A stretch of DNA of 61,992 nucleotides, filler included, from Nemertoderma westbladi (Eukaryota > Animalia > Xenacoelomorpha), in NCBI GenBank assembly GCA_032718475.1. It is 3 parts of 3 records of this genome, joined end to end, with 100 filler letters (N's around TTAATTAATTAA, not from the genome) between each part and the next. Parts side by side here need not be neighbours in the genome. Positions count along the whole stretch, not along the records: positions 1 to 26,704 come from JAUCBJ010005834.1; positions 26,805 to 58,086 come from JAUCBJ010007453.1; 1 more part is not named here. One strand, given 5' to 3'. Positions 24,318-36,488 of the stretch are shown here, in pieces. Made by a program: the position numbers and the translations under genes. Under the pieces are notes generated by a model. The model was given only the letters and a program-made list of their open reading frames with translations. It was not told where the DNA came from and searched no databases. Positions within the stretch are counted from its first letter, which is position 1. The number at the start of each line of letters is the position of its first letter.

Positions 24318-25076
24318 GATAATTGTACTTCAGTAGTTTAGTTTAAATTGCCAATGAAAATTAAATATTTTGGGGAATTAGATATTAAATAAATAATATA
24401 TAGAAATCCGAACCACCAAGTGATGTAATTATTGTAAACTGTAACATTATTTACATCAACATTCTTCTTGGAAACATAACTTTTTGGCATCGTAAGCAAT
24501 TAGTTTGTAAGGTACAGGTATTACAAGGATAATTAATGATGGGTTACCGTGCCAAACTACATGAACTTGAACATGAACTTTATTTGCCATATATATTAGC
24601 CATACATCTACGTCCCGTAAACTTAGTGGGGCGACCTCGGTTAAACCTCTAAGCCGTAGGACAAAGAAGCAGCTAACCCAACCGTCTATATCCAATCGGT
24701 CCCACCCCTGTTTAGACCCAGGCGGTAACCTGGTGTTTTGCACAGCAACAGCACTATAGCCAAGTTCCAATAGCGTGAAGCTGCACCAAATTTATATTAA
24801 GACTATTTTCCACAAAATAGACTTTTCACGACATTTCGATTTTCCAGTTTACGACTAAAACACTGTATTTTATGTACTATTTTTCGTTTACAATTTTTTG
24901 GATTGTATTATTTTTCGAGGCTATACTTTGGATCCTAACGGACCTAAAGCACCCCTCACCCGGTTTCTCTTTTTCCCTCTTCCCAGAGGCTTTTCAATGA
25001 TGTTACTTAGAGAACACTATTTGTATATACCAGAAGGAAGCAATATAGTTGTGGATATCTGTAAATAACAAGTCAT

Positions 25077-25159
25077 TGAAGGACCGTGTATTATTGTGAA
25101 GGACCGTGTATTATTGTGAAGGACCGTGTATTATTGTGAAGGACCGTGTATTATTGTGA
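25077..25159. repeat. 20 bp minisatellite, 4 copies
   Basis: tgaaggaccgtgtattattg x4. Confidence 0.9.
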
Positions 25160-25894
25160 GCTATTTTCAAGTCAGTCTTGATACCGAGAAACCAATACAA
25201 TCCCCCCACCCCAACCCCCCCCCCCCCCCCGGGCGGGGGGGGGGGGGGGGGATTATTGTGCGTCGGTCGAACCAGAACTAAATCCTAGATACGTCACTGC
25301 TCGATATGTAAGTAAAAGTTCCCTTCTTAAGGAACAGGTGTAATTTCGTATTATATTTATATTGTTTATCAATTTCATAAGTCTATTAAATGGAAAATCT
25401 TGAAAAATAACGTGGTGGACTGCCTACCTAAGTTTCGGGTTAAATATAACCCCATTTGTAAAAAATTTAAAGTTAAAGATATGAAATATCGGTTCTAGAA
25501 CATTAATTATTATCAACCAATAAGCTGTACTTTACTTAATATTTTACTATAATGATGTTTAAGTCGTTACTCAATACAATTAAATTTTACGATGTTCTAA
25601 AAACTCAACCCACAACCTGAACACAGGAAGCGCATATAATTTACGGAGTTACCAAAACTAAACAATCACGGGAAACATTATCCAAACAGCTACGCTTATC
25701 TTTATATATAAAATATGTACTATAATCGTATGCACCACAAAAGACCTCGGTTGCATTAAATATATCGCTTCGATCTTCTGTAAACGAACACAGTAATAAT
25801 ATATAGTGGTACATTACTTTTTACACAAATAAATAGATAATTTGGACCCGGACTCGGACTCGGACCCGGACTGGAGTCCATAACAATCGGATCC

Positions 25895-26201
25895 TAATTG
25901 TCCGGATGCAAATTGTCCGGGTCCCCAACTGTACGGGTCCGAATTGTCCGTGTCCGAATTGTCCGGGTCCCAACTGTCCGGGTCCCAACTGTCCGGGTCC
26001 GAATTGTCCGTGTCCGAATTGTCTGTGTCCGAATTGTCCGTGTCCGAGTTGTCCGGGTCCGAATTGTCCGGGTCCCAACTGTCCGGGTCCAATGTCCGGT
26101 CCGAATTGTCCGTGTCCGAATTGTCCCTGTCCGAATTGTCCGGGTCCCAACTGTCCGGGTCCGAATTGTCCGTGTCCGAATTGTCCAGATCCGAATTGTC
26201 C
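25895..26201. repeat. 15 bp minisatellite (ccgaattgtccgtgt / cccaactgtccgggt), ~20 copies
   Basis: Direct inspection; it opens all six reading frames. Confidence 0.9.
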
Positions 26202-26468
26202 TATATCCATGTAAAAGTACAGAGAATACATACAAACTAATATAAAAAATAAAATCACTGTTCATAATATTCCTGGCTATAATAGTTGGAAGTCACTTTT
26301 ATGTGTCAACCAAATATTTAGATTTATCTACCATAAATTAAAATTGTTATATTATTTATTATTAGTTATAAATAAAACAAAGACGGTTATATAAAATATA
26401 AATTTTAAAATTTGTTCGTAAAAGCGACAAATAGAACGGGAGTGGTTTTAGGGAAGGTGAAAATGTTC

Positions 26469-26704
26469 CATTGTACCACTATCCGAGTAGAACCGGTAGA
26501 CATTGTACCACTATCCGAGTAGAACCGGTAGACATTGTACCACTATCCGAGTAGAACCGGTAGACATTGTACCACTATCCGAGTAGAACCGGTAGACATT
26601 GTACCACTATCCGAGTAGAACCGGTAGACATTGTACCACTATCCGAGTAGAACCGGTAGACATTGTACCACTATCCGAGTAGAACCGGTAGACATTGTAC
26701 CACT
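26469..26704. repeat. 32 bp perfect tandem repeat running into the assembly gap
   Basis: cattgtaccactatccgagtagaaccggtaga, ~7.4 copies, no spacers. Confidence 0.95.
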
Positions 26705-26804
26705 NNNNNNNNNNNNNNNNNNNNNNNNNNNNNNNNNNNNNNNNNNNNTTAATTAATTAANNNNNNNNNNNNNNNNNNNNNNNNNNNNNNNNNNNNNNNN
26801 NNNN
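26705..26804. other. Assembly gap with an artificial ttaattaattaa linker
   Basis: N run with a central all-frame-stop linker; the same pattern occurs at 58086-58186. Confidence 0.9.
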
Positions 26805-27730
26805 TCTAATCCCGGGTATCCACCGTATATTTTATTATAGTCCCGGAATTTCTGGGGTTTGAAGTCGATACCGCCGTTTAGCACAGCGAGGTAGCCGATC
26901 CCGGATTTCGTCGGTCTCACTTCTTGGAATCCTCGCATGAATTCGGCGAATCTTAACCAGGCTAGCAGCGTTTGAGTGTCGATGCAATGGCTAAGTGCGT
27001 TGAGGTCGTTTCGTCGGTTTCTTCCTGCGGGAGCATTCGCGTAGTCGTTCCGGACGTCCGCCTTGATATCCGACCCGATTTTAATGACGTCGAAGTCGAA
27101 GAGGATCTTTTGGATTTCCGGAGGCAGCAACCAGATCGCTCCGGCTGCCTGCACTTCCTGTCTGGGTGTCGGGAATATTCGGCACACCAGTACCAAACCG
27201 TCCAGGGTTCCGAGGACGACGACTAAGGATCGACCATATTCTTTCGCCCCGTACTTTTCCTGGTAGTCGTCGCGGTTCTGGATAATCGATACGCGTTCCT
27301 CTCGAAGCGTCGCCGTACACTCCGACAGGTTTCCCCAGTGGGCGAGGTACGTACTCTTGTCGTCGACGAAACTTTGACATCTCGCCAACGTAATCGCTTT
27401 CGATGTGGGCGTCGCGTTTCCCTCGTTGTCGTAGATCAAACATCGGGAACTGTAGACGCTCTGCCGGAACGTTTCCCAAAACGACGAATCGTCCCCTCCG
27501 GTTGCCTTTGCGTTCCGAGTTCTTTTCAGTCTCGTACTAGCATCAGCTAACCGGAGGGCTCGTAGATTCTTAGAATCCGGTCCCTCTCGCCCGGTGAATT
27601 TAATGACTCGCACGTTCTCATTTAGCAGGGTGCTCCAATTTGTATCAAAGTCAGGGGATCCGGGTTGCGAATATTCCAGTAGATCTATCGTGTTACGTAA
27701 TTCGCCGATAATTTGGCGATTTGGGTCCAT
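26805..27730 (-). CDS. DEDDy-type 3'-5' exonuclease (WRN-exo/EXD/Mut-7-like), truncated by the gap
   Basis: ExoI LIYDNEG (DxE), then a hydrophobic strand LVVVLGTLDGLVLV, LPPEIQKILFDFDVIKIGSDIKAD (LP..L..lL.d..i.KvG..i..D, ExoII), IDTQ and SGIGYLA. ExoIII is not visible before the gap. Confidence 0.7.
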
Positions 27731-28280
27731 ATTTACGATTATATCCGTTACAAATTAGTTCAGTTAATTATAAGTCCAGAAAGTCTGAAACTATAGCGAT
27801 AGCAGAATAATTCAGTTTTTTATTTAATTCAGTTTATTAAATAACATTGCTATATAGGCATCTATCATCTTATTGCTAATACATTCAGCATTTACAGTTA
27901 CTATAGCTATACATAATATCCAACCAGTTTTTTATGACTTTTTTGTCCTTTTTTTTCCAATTCTTTTCTTTGACCTCTTTTATACCTTTTTTTTTTGTCT
28001 TTTTTCATTTCATTATTATTTCATCTCATTTCATTTATTTCCACATATATTTCAACACATTTATTTCCACCATTTATTTCACATTTATTTATTTCCACAT
28101 CATCATTGGGTTTATAGCCCCCCGGCTATCATCATTGTTATAAGCGCAGCACCAGGGTGCGCATCATTACATTTTCATCAGTATACGCGTCATCATTCAG
28201 GTTTATAGTAGAGTTGTCTGATCCTTTTCATCGTTTCCAACTATATTCAATCATTTTCTTTGGTTAATCTTTGTCGTGGA

Positions 28281-28705
28281 AGGGGTGTTACGCGGCAATC
28301 TGGGATCTACAGCTGGACTCGTTACACCGCCTACGCCCCAAACTGCGCACGTAACGGACAATGAAGACGCTGAGAGTGAAGTCACGTGGATGCACCAGGG
28401 ACCCACCAGAATAACACTCCCAACAACATAAAGCTCAGTCGACGAAGTCATGTGGGATGGGGTTACGCAACATTCTGGGATCTACAGCTGGACTCGTTAT
28501 ACCGCCTACGCCCCAAAATCCACGTAACGGTCCCACCAGAATAACGTGACTGAGAAACATAAAACCCTCTATCGTCGAAGTCACGTGGATGCACCATGGA
28601 CCCACCAGAATAACGGGATAGAGGGGGTGTTGCGCGGCAATCCGGGATCTACAGCTGGACTCGTTACACCGCCTACGCCCCGAACTGCGCACGCAACGGA
28701 CAACA
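28281..28705 (-). repeat. Three ~80 bp repeats forming covarying hairpins
   Basis: gggatctacagctggactcgttacaccgcctacgcccc in copies starting near 28281, 28459 and 28622. Confidence 0.8.
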
Positions 28706-28975
28706 TAACATACTGCGATGAATACAATGAATTCCACTTCAAATCTTTTCCATTTCCAATAATCCAATATCGTAGGTCCTGATGACCAAAATCAGGGTAA
28801 ACAATGCATAAACGACCCTGCGTCAGTCGAAACATCTGCAGGGTGATGCTGGACTCCACATAACACACGAGGAAACACAAATACCATTGCGTGGTTACAG
28901 TTGGTTTAAAGGGGGTCCATAACTCGTTGTCGATAAATCACAGTTTAAAGGAGTTTGTCAACATGATGAGAAGGG

Positions 28976-31900
28976 TTACACGGGTTTGTAATTGTCACCA
29001 ATGTCCACAGCAGGATCTTGAGTAGGGATCTTATCACCTCTCGTAGAGTCACCGCTATCATTGCCTTCAAGAAGGCACAGCTTCTGGATAGGGCGTTGGT
29101 AGTGGCTCTTTGCCGTTCGTATCGTCACAGTCCTCGCAAGTCCGTCTTTACTTGGGTGTATGGTCACGACCCGCGCCACAGGCCAGTGAACGCGGTCTTT
29201 GAGATCTTCTTTAACTAGTACCATGTCGCCAACTGCGACGTTCCGGTAGGTGTTGTTCTATTTTCTCCTGGTCCGGAGGGTTATGAGATATTCCTGGGCC
29301 CAAATTCTCCACCAATGCGCTGCCAACGCTTGGGCCTTTTTCCAGTTTGTATGCTTCGCGATCTCGTTGGGATCCGGGAACATGGTTTCCGGGAGAACGT
29401 GGGTTTTGGGTCTCCCCAGTAGGTGGTTAGGAGTGAGGGGCTCCAGGTCTGTGGGGTCTTCGCGGATAGGGACAATAGGTCGGTTGTTCAGGGTAGCCGT
29501 GATCTCGCAGAATGTTGTGCGGAGGGTATCATGGGTTACCCGGGTATCGCCTAGAGCGACGCGCATGGATCGTTTCACGAGGTCGATCAGTTTCTCCCAT
29601 ACCCCGCTCGTATGGGGGGCTAAGGGGGTCTGGAAGTGCCACTGTATCTGGTGTTCCTTCCAGACTTGGGATGCGGTGTTATCGGTAAACCATCCCTCGA
29701 TCGCCTCTCTGAGTTCCCTTTCTCCTCCCACAAAGTTTGTACCATTATCGGAATACATGTGGCGGCATGTCCCGTTGTTCGCCACGAACCGACGCAGAGC
29801 GTTGATGAATGCGTGTTGTGTCAGATTTACCACGATATCTAGGTAAATTGCCCTAGACCTCAGGCAGGTGAAGATGGCTCCCCAGCATTTGATGTTGGAT
29901 CGTCGTTCAATAACCGTGAACGGTCCGAAACAGTCCACCCCGGTGATGTAGAATGGCTGGGAATCCGCTTGTAGACGGGTGGCTGGTAAGTCGGCCATCT
30001 TTTGAGTGATTGGTGGTGCTAGGTAACGTCTGCAGGTGAAGCAACGTTTCAACACTTTCCGGATCAGTGGCTGGATATGGGTGATCCAATATCTTTGTCT
30101 TATATTAGCTATAATCCAATTCTGTCCTGCGTGGTGGTTGTCCTCGTGACATTGTAGAATTAATAGCTTAGCTAGTGTCGACGTTCCGGGCAGAAGCGCC
30201 GGGTATTTAACCTCATATTCGACCGGGGCGTTTGCCATCCGGGTATTCAGTCGGATCAGTCCGTCCTCTCCCATCATTGGTCTTAGTTGGTAGACTGGGC
30301 TGTCCGGTTTCAACGTTTTGCCCGCACTAAGTTGTTCCCATTCATCGGGGAAACTTTCTTTCTGGACATATCTAACAATACACTTCTCCGCGATAATGAG
30401 TTCTTGTATATTCCGTTGAACTATCGGTTTGTTGTTTTTCCACCGTAGGAAGTTGCGAAGGGTTATAACGTGGTGGACGAGCCGTCTCATGGATGAAGTT
30501 CGCTCGATCAACCGATGTAAAGACGTCGCTAGTTGAGTGATCGTCGCGACGTTATAGTGCCTGCCCGAGTCCTTTGCAGGCTCAGTCAGGCAACTATAAA
30601 TTTCCACCGCGTTGCTTCGATGGATTTTACGAATCTCTTTATCGTCCTCGGAGTATTTTCCGCTATCGAGTTCGGGGTCGAATCGGGTACTCCATGTTAA
30701 CTGTGGCTGCCGTAGGAATTCCGGGCCTGTAAGCCAGAGTTTACTTTTACCGAGTTGTTTTGGGGTGGCGCCTCGGCTTGATAAGTCCGCTGGGTTTTCC
30801 TTCCCGTTTACGTGATGCCACTGTTCTCGGCCGGTACACTGTTTAATCTCTGTGGCTCGGTTTGCAACAAACGTGGTGTGACGCCGTGATGGAGAGTGGA
30901 GATAATAGAGAACTATACTCGAATCTACCCAGAAGTGTTGAGATTCTATGGGGATCCGTAGGTTCCGCATGGCCATGCGATTCTGTCTTACTGCCCAAAC
31001 TGCAGCTTGTAGCTCGAGTCTCGGAATCGTTGCTACGAATTCCCCGGATACCGTCTTTGCTTTGGAGAATAAGAAGCTTGTATCGCCGTTTCCATCGCTA
31101 CTTAGTCTCCGTAAGAAGGTTACTATGCCGATTCCGGTATTTGAAGCATCCGAAAAGGTGTGGAGCTGGAAGATATCGGTGGGCAGTTTATCGAGGAAGA
31201 ACGGTCTAGGTATCCACATAAGATGTAGATGTTCGAGTTGCTCCGTCCATTTTCTCCATTTGACGCTAAGGTATGGGGGAAGCTCTTCGTCCCATCCCAG
31301 TCCTTCTATCCACATTTCCTTAATCAGGTTCATTCCGGCCAAGGTTACTGGAGATATGAAATTTAGTGGGTCGAAGATTGCACTTTTTATCGACAAACAT
31401 CCCCTTTTTGTCATAGGCTTGGGTAGGGGTTTATATTTGAAGATGAATTCATCTGATTCTATGTCCCATTCAATCCCGAGTACACGATGTTCCACATCCT
31501 CCGAATACATCTTGTTATTTTCCAGCCGGATGTCCTCCGGAAACTTTTCCATAAGTGTTTTGTCGTGGGATCTGAACTTCACGAGTGGGAACCCTCCTTT
31601 CTTTAGACATTCTACCATCCCCATTGCTAGCTGATACGCCTCATCTACATTATCCGCGCCAGCGCATCCGTCGTCCACGTAGAAGCATCGTCGAATGGTT
31701 TCTATGACGGTTGGAGGGAACTCGTTTTCGCACATGGTTGCCGTCCTCTTTAGCATGTCACTGCATGCTACCGGCGAGTCCTTAGCACCGAAGATCCTGA
31801 CGACCATACGCATTATGTCTACGTCCTTTATCGTGAGTTGGCTAATCTCCTGTTGAGTGAGCGTTTTATCCGTCCATAGGATACGTAGACAGTCCGAGTC

Positions 31901-34900
31901 TCTTGGTAACGTACGAACTTGATGAAACATGGCCTTGATGTCACAGGTGAATGCTACCCGGTTTTCCCTGAACCTGATCAATACGCCGATGAGTGTGCTA
32001 TATATGTTGGGTCCCGTATAAAGTTGACTGTTTAGGGATTCGCCCTGGTATATAGCGGCAGCATCATTTACCACTCGGATTTTCCCACCTTTGCGGGCTT
32101 CTACTACATAGTGGGTCGGGAGATAATATGTTCTTTTACCACCTTGCAGTTCGCTCCGTGGTACCATTTCTGCTAATCCATCATCGAGATATCCTTGGAT
32201 TACGGTGTTATACTTCTCCTTTATCTCGGGTTGGTCATTCAACCGGCGTAGAATCCCTTTAAGTCGCCTAAGTGCCATGCTGGCGTTGTTTGCCATTGGT
32301 TTATTTGGGTCCTTCCATAACATAGGTGAACTCCAGTGTCCGTCTTTAAACGTGGCCTGGTCGAGAACGTCCATACAATATTGGTCCTCTTCGGATGGAT
32401 TTTCGTCCTTTTCCGCGAACTCCTGGGTCTCCAAATTAAAATATTTCGTCATCTCTCGTTGGGTTTTCTCGGTTTCCAGAAACAAATCCTCGTCAAGATC
32501 CGAAGCTGAGCAGTAACCCACGGAGGTTACATTCTCTTTAATCTGACATTTGGGAAGGTAGGTATAGGTGTCCGTGGTTTCCTCCTAAATGCCGCAGAGT
32601 GTCCATCCCATTATTGTTCGTTCAGCATAAAATCCGTCATCCTGGTTTATAGATCGGGCGATATCTCCGGTGGGGATGTGTAGTTCCGGTGTATCAAGTC
32701 CGATCAGTAGGGTGATACGGTTTACGTCCAACTGCGGACACCTCAGGTCTACATCGTCCCGGTCCAATTGTATGAGGGGGGCGTACTCGGCTGATTGTCG
32801 GAACCGCACCCGGAGGTCTGTGTGTACCAAGGCGTTCTTTATGGTTAACTTAGCCGTTTCGTAGCCCTTCATCACTCCTTCCATCTGGAGTTGCACCTCC
32901 CCGGACTCTACCTCTCTGTTATCGGTGATGGTTTGTATGGGCCGTTTACAAGGCTCATATTCTAGGCCGAGTTGCTCGAGAAAATCCCGGTCGATGATGG
33001 TTCCGTCGGACCCGTTATCGAGGAATGCGTCAAAGATTTGCCGACTCCTTGGATCCTTACTGGGATTACCTTTGCGAAAACCATGTAGCGGCGATTTATA
33101 AGATTAATCGTGGCTGAAATATTTGTTACTTGTGGTGTATCGGTGGAGATTTTAAACGGGTTGGTTTCTCTCCGTTGGGTTGTCCGGGTTCCTTTGAAGA
33201 CGTGGTTTGTTTCTCCTCTTCGCCTGGCTTCGATCCGAAAGGGGAGGGTAGTAAAGTCGAAGTTCGCGGGGATGTGGAGGAGCGTGTGATGGCGTTGGTC
33301 GTTACAGACAGCACAGCACGACCTTTGGTCGCAATCCCGAACGTAGTGACCTGTTCCAAGACACCGGAAGCATCCTCGGTGTTTCATTATCGCCTCGAAA
33401 CGTGGGACGAGTTCGGCGAACTGAAACTTCCTGCAGAATTCCACTTTATGTTTCTCCCCACAGAAGAGACAGAGCAGTGAATTTGTGATGCCTTCCCTTT
33501 CGGGTGCCCAACTCGCGAGATAACATGCCCATTCCTCAGCGGATGTCGGTTCCTCGTAGTCTTCGTCGTCGGAATCCTCGGCCATGGTAATGGCCATCGT
33601 ACTTACCGGTGGGGGGCGGAATCTCGGTTTCGGAGGGGTTATCTTACTCCTAGAGTTGCTCTCTATTCCGTCCAACTTTGCGAGACTTTGTTTTGAAAAC
33701 ATCGAGTCATTCATGGCTTCGGAGATATCGTCCAGGAATGCCGACATTTCAAGGAAGCTAGGATCTCGATCTGGATGTCTGCGCCGGAGATCTACACATT
33801 TATAAGCCCACTTACTTTGTAGCCATCCGGGGAACTTCCGGGCGATCTGTCGGAGGTTTAGAATGTTGTTCACCTGGTCCTCCTTATTTAAGGGTTTCAG
33901 AGTATAATAGGCATCTTTCATAGAGTCGGAGAATTCCTGTATGTTCTGTGGGTCCCCTAGTGATCCCGCATCCTGTATCAGTCTCTCTAGAGTTTTATTA
34001 ATTATAGTTCCGGTATTTCCGTATCTTTTGTCTAGAGTTTTCCATGCGTCATAGTATGCCTCATGAGAACCTCCTTCAAAACATGCAACAATTCTGCGGG
34101 GTTTGTCACCCAGGTATTGCGATAAATATACCAATTTCTGTGCGTCGGCTATGTCCGTTGATCCAATCTGCGCAAAGAACCGTTTCTTGAATCTGAGGTA
34201 ATCGACGGGATCTCATTCGAAGGTGCGAATCTCCATCTTCGGCATGGCAAGGCGGTTCTCCAACGCCCGGATGATGCTGACGTCGTCTGAACTGGAGTGA
34301 CTCGGAGGGTTATAGTTATTGGCACTCACTCACATACTTGATGGATCAATGATAGGCGGAGTTTTAATAATGACGCGGCTGCGAGTTTGTGGTGTTGATG
34401 TAAATGGGTTGTTTGATCGGGGAGTGGCGTCCCGTTCCCAGTCCTTTTCAGGCTCGTACTTGGGTACACTCGCTGTCGTGGTGTTGGATGGGAAATAGGG
34501 TTCCTCATTCTTTAACGTAGCCGGTGGTGGATGGAACACCGGTGCTTGTGCCGATAGCGTAGACTGTTTGGTAGGCGGGATTTCGGGTTTCGGAAGTTTC
34601 GCCGCTGTCGGTATAAATGACTTTTCTAATTCCGGTACCGGGATTGGTTCATATTCCTGATCTATATCCCTCTCCCAGTCCTCGTAGAGTTGAATATCTC
34701 GTTCTATAAGTGCGGCTTAGTATTCCGCGAGTTTTGCAATATCCGCGTTCTTTTTGTGGATGAGAATTGCTTGGGCCTCGGCATGTTGTTTACGCATTTC
34801 TGCTTCCCATTTACGTTGTTCGATCTCCCGTTCGGCCTCTCGTCCGCGTTGTTCGGCCTCCTGTTTGCGTTGTTCGGCCTCGTGTTTGCGCTGTTCGGCC

Positions 34901-35679
34901 TGTCGTTCGTCCTCGTGTTTGCGTTGTTCGGCCTGTCGTTCGTCCTCTCGTTTGCGTTGTTCGTCCTCTCGCCTGCGTTGTTCGGCTTCCTGTTCACGTT
35001 GTTCGGCCTGCCGTTCGGCCGCTTGTTCGGCCTCTCGCCTTTGGGTTTCTGCAGCTAATACATCTTGCTCGGCTTGCAGTTGAATATACTCATCTTCCAT
35101 CCGAGCTTTGAGGGCTAATGCCTTCCGCTCTCGCAGTTGGTCTCGGAGTGGCGGCGCCCCTTGAGAACTGCGCGCTGAGCCGGATATCTCGCTCCTAGCG
35201 CTGGAGTGCTGATTTCTGGTGGACCCCATTCTCTTGCGATGTACTCCTGTCCTGATGCTGGAGGATCGTACTAATTCCGCGTCTGTTCTTTCAGCCCTCT
35301 TGTAATACTGTTCCTCATAGCCTCTCACAAGGCTGAGGGTCCTCCGGTGTTGTTTGCGGAACCCATCTAGATGTACAACGTGTTCTTCCAGCTTGGGGTA
35401 GTTTTCCAGATCGGTGGGGGGAACGAGCTCTTGGTACGCCTGTATCATTCTTTCGTACCGCTGTAGGATATTTCGGATACTTTGAAGCTGAGTTTGTACC
35501 TCATTGAGGGGGGTTTTGACTCCCTTGAGTTGTTTCTCCATCCGTTGATACGCTCGGGTTACTCCGCCTTTAAGAGCCCCTAACCGACGGGTCATGTTTT
35601 TGACGTTTGGTACCTCGTCGGCTTCCGAGTCTGTGTGGTGATCCATCTCGTCGGTATCGGATACGTTATTTGTTGTCAT
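28976..35679 (-). pseudogene. BEL/Pao gag-pol of element 2 (Gag, 3 zinc knuckles, protease, RT, RNase H, integrase), with several nonsense/frameshift lesions
   Basis: Protease AFLDNGSDGT (~33000-33030); RT DIKAMF, IFGAKDSP, FYVDDG; RNase H FSDAS, TIPRLEL, NPADLSSRG; integrase HHAG/CFTC, GVDCFGP, SDNGTNF, GVWEKL, and C-terminal WPVARV. Stops at 34717, ~34214, 32585 and 29258, and a frameshift near 33035. Confidence 0.93.
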
Positions 35680-35867
35680 TGTAACGCCTCGTCGATGGCG
35701 AGATACGCGATGTCGTAAAACAGTTCCTCGTAGGTATTGTACTCAGCTTGAACCACCCGAACAGTAATCCTGAATCGTCCGACGTTCGTTCCTTGTACCT
35801 CAACTTCGACGTGCCAGATTCCTGGCTCAACTTGAATTATATCAATGGGTGTGATCGATACTTCCAT
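35676..35867 (-). CDS. Small upstream ORF (63 aa) whose stop overlaps the gag start (ATGA)
   Basis: TGA 35678-35676 overlaps ATG 35679-35677; the sequence is protein-like, with alternating beta-type residues followed by a helix. Confidence 0.35.
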   Translation of the reverse strand: MEVSITPIDIIQVEPGIWHVEVEVQGTNVGRFRITVRVVQAEYNTYEELFYDIAYLAIDEALQ

Positions 35868-36488
35868 TCCCTGTTAACAACTCTCCAAATATGTGATCTG
35901 CCGACTACGAGTTGGTTAGATCGAGTTTGCTGATTAATTAAACCACGACTTTGTCTCAACTCAAATACCAGAGTTTCCTCGTAGTGGGTGCTGGCAAGCA
36001 CGTAGAGAGTTTTTGAAGAGTATTGAAGGATTCTCAACTTCCACCAGTTGAAGTTGACCACGATAATTATTCTTAATTTTGTTGCCGTTATTCCTACACC
36101 AGGGGGGAAAAACGCCGATGCTGGAGACGTGACTTAACAGACCACCGAGCCCCGGCCAGTCACCGGATATTGATTGTGGGGAGGGAATATTTTCTAAGAT
36201 GCAAGTTTGCGGTTGAGAAAAGCTGCATTAGTTGGATATACTCTTTAATGTAACTGAACTCTGTTGAACCTTGTTCAACAATATTGAACCTTGATTAAGA
36301 ATAATTTTGGGCTTCCCCAAATCAATATACACCAAATATTCACAATAATTATACACGATAATATAAATCCCTACGGTATATTATTTAATAACCCGCTGTT
36401 CGCTCAGAATTTTAGCCTACCTAATGTTCCCCAGATTTTCCCTCGGTCCTAGTCCTAGTGCCATAGTGTCAGTGTCGGTCGACCCTGT

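Noticed and set aside
25814-26265. Secreted GQFGP-repeat or Cys-rich protein
   Set aside because: All six frames are open because of a 15 bp repeat, and the apparent signal peptide comes from AT-rich flank; no independent support.
26749-26760. ttaattaattaa inside N runs as a biological motif
   Set aside because: Identical in both gaps; a scaffolding linker. Adjacency across the gaps is therefore unverified.
28281-28705. Twister, pistol or HDV-like ribozyme
   Set aside because: I could not fit the catalytic consensus or spacing of any of these; kept only as a covarying hairpin.
32585-32587. Programmed readthrough stop between protease and RT
   Set aside because: In frame, but the element has several other nonsense codons at conserved positions, so decay is the simpler explanation.
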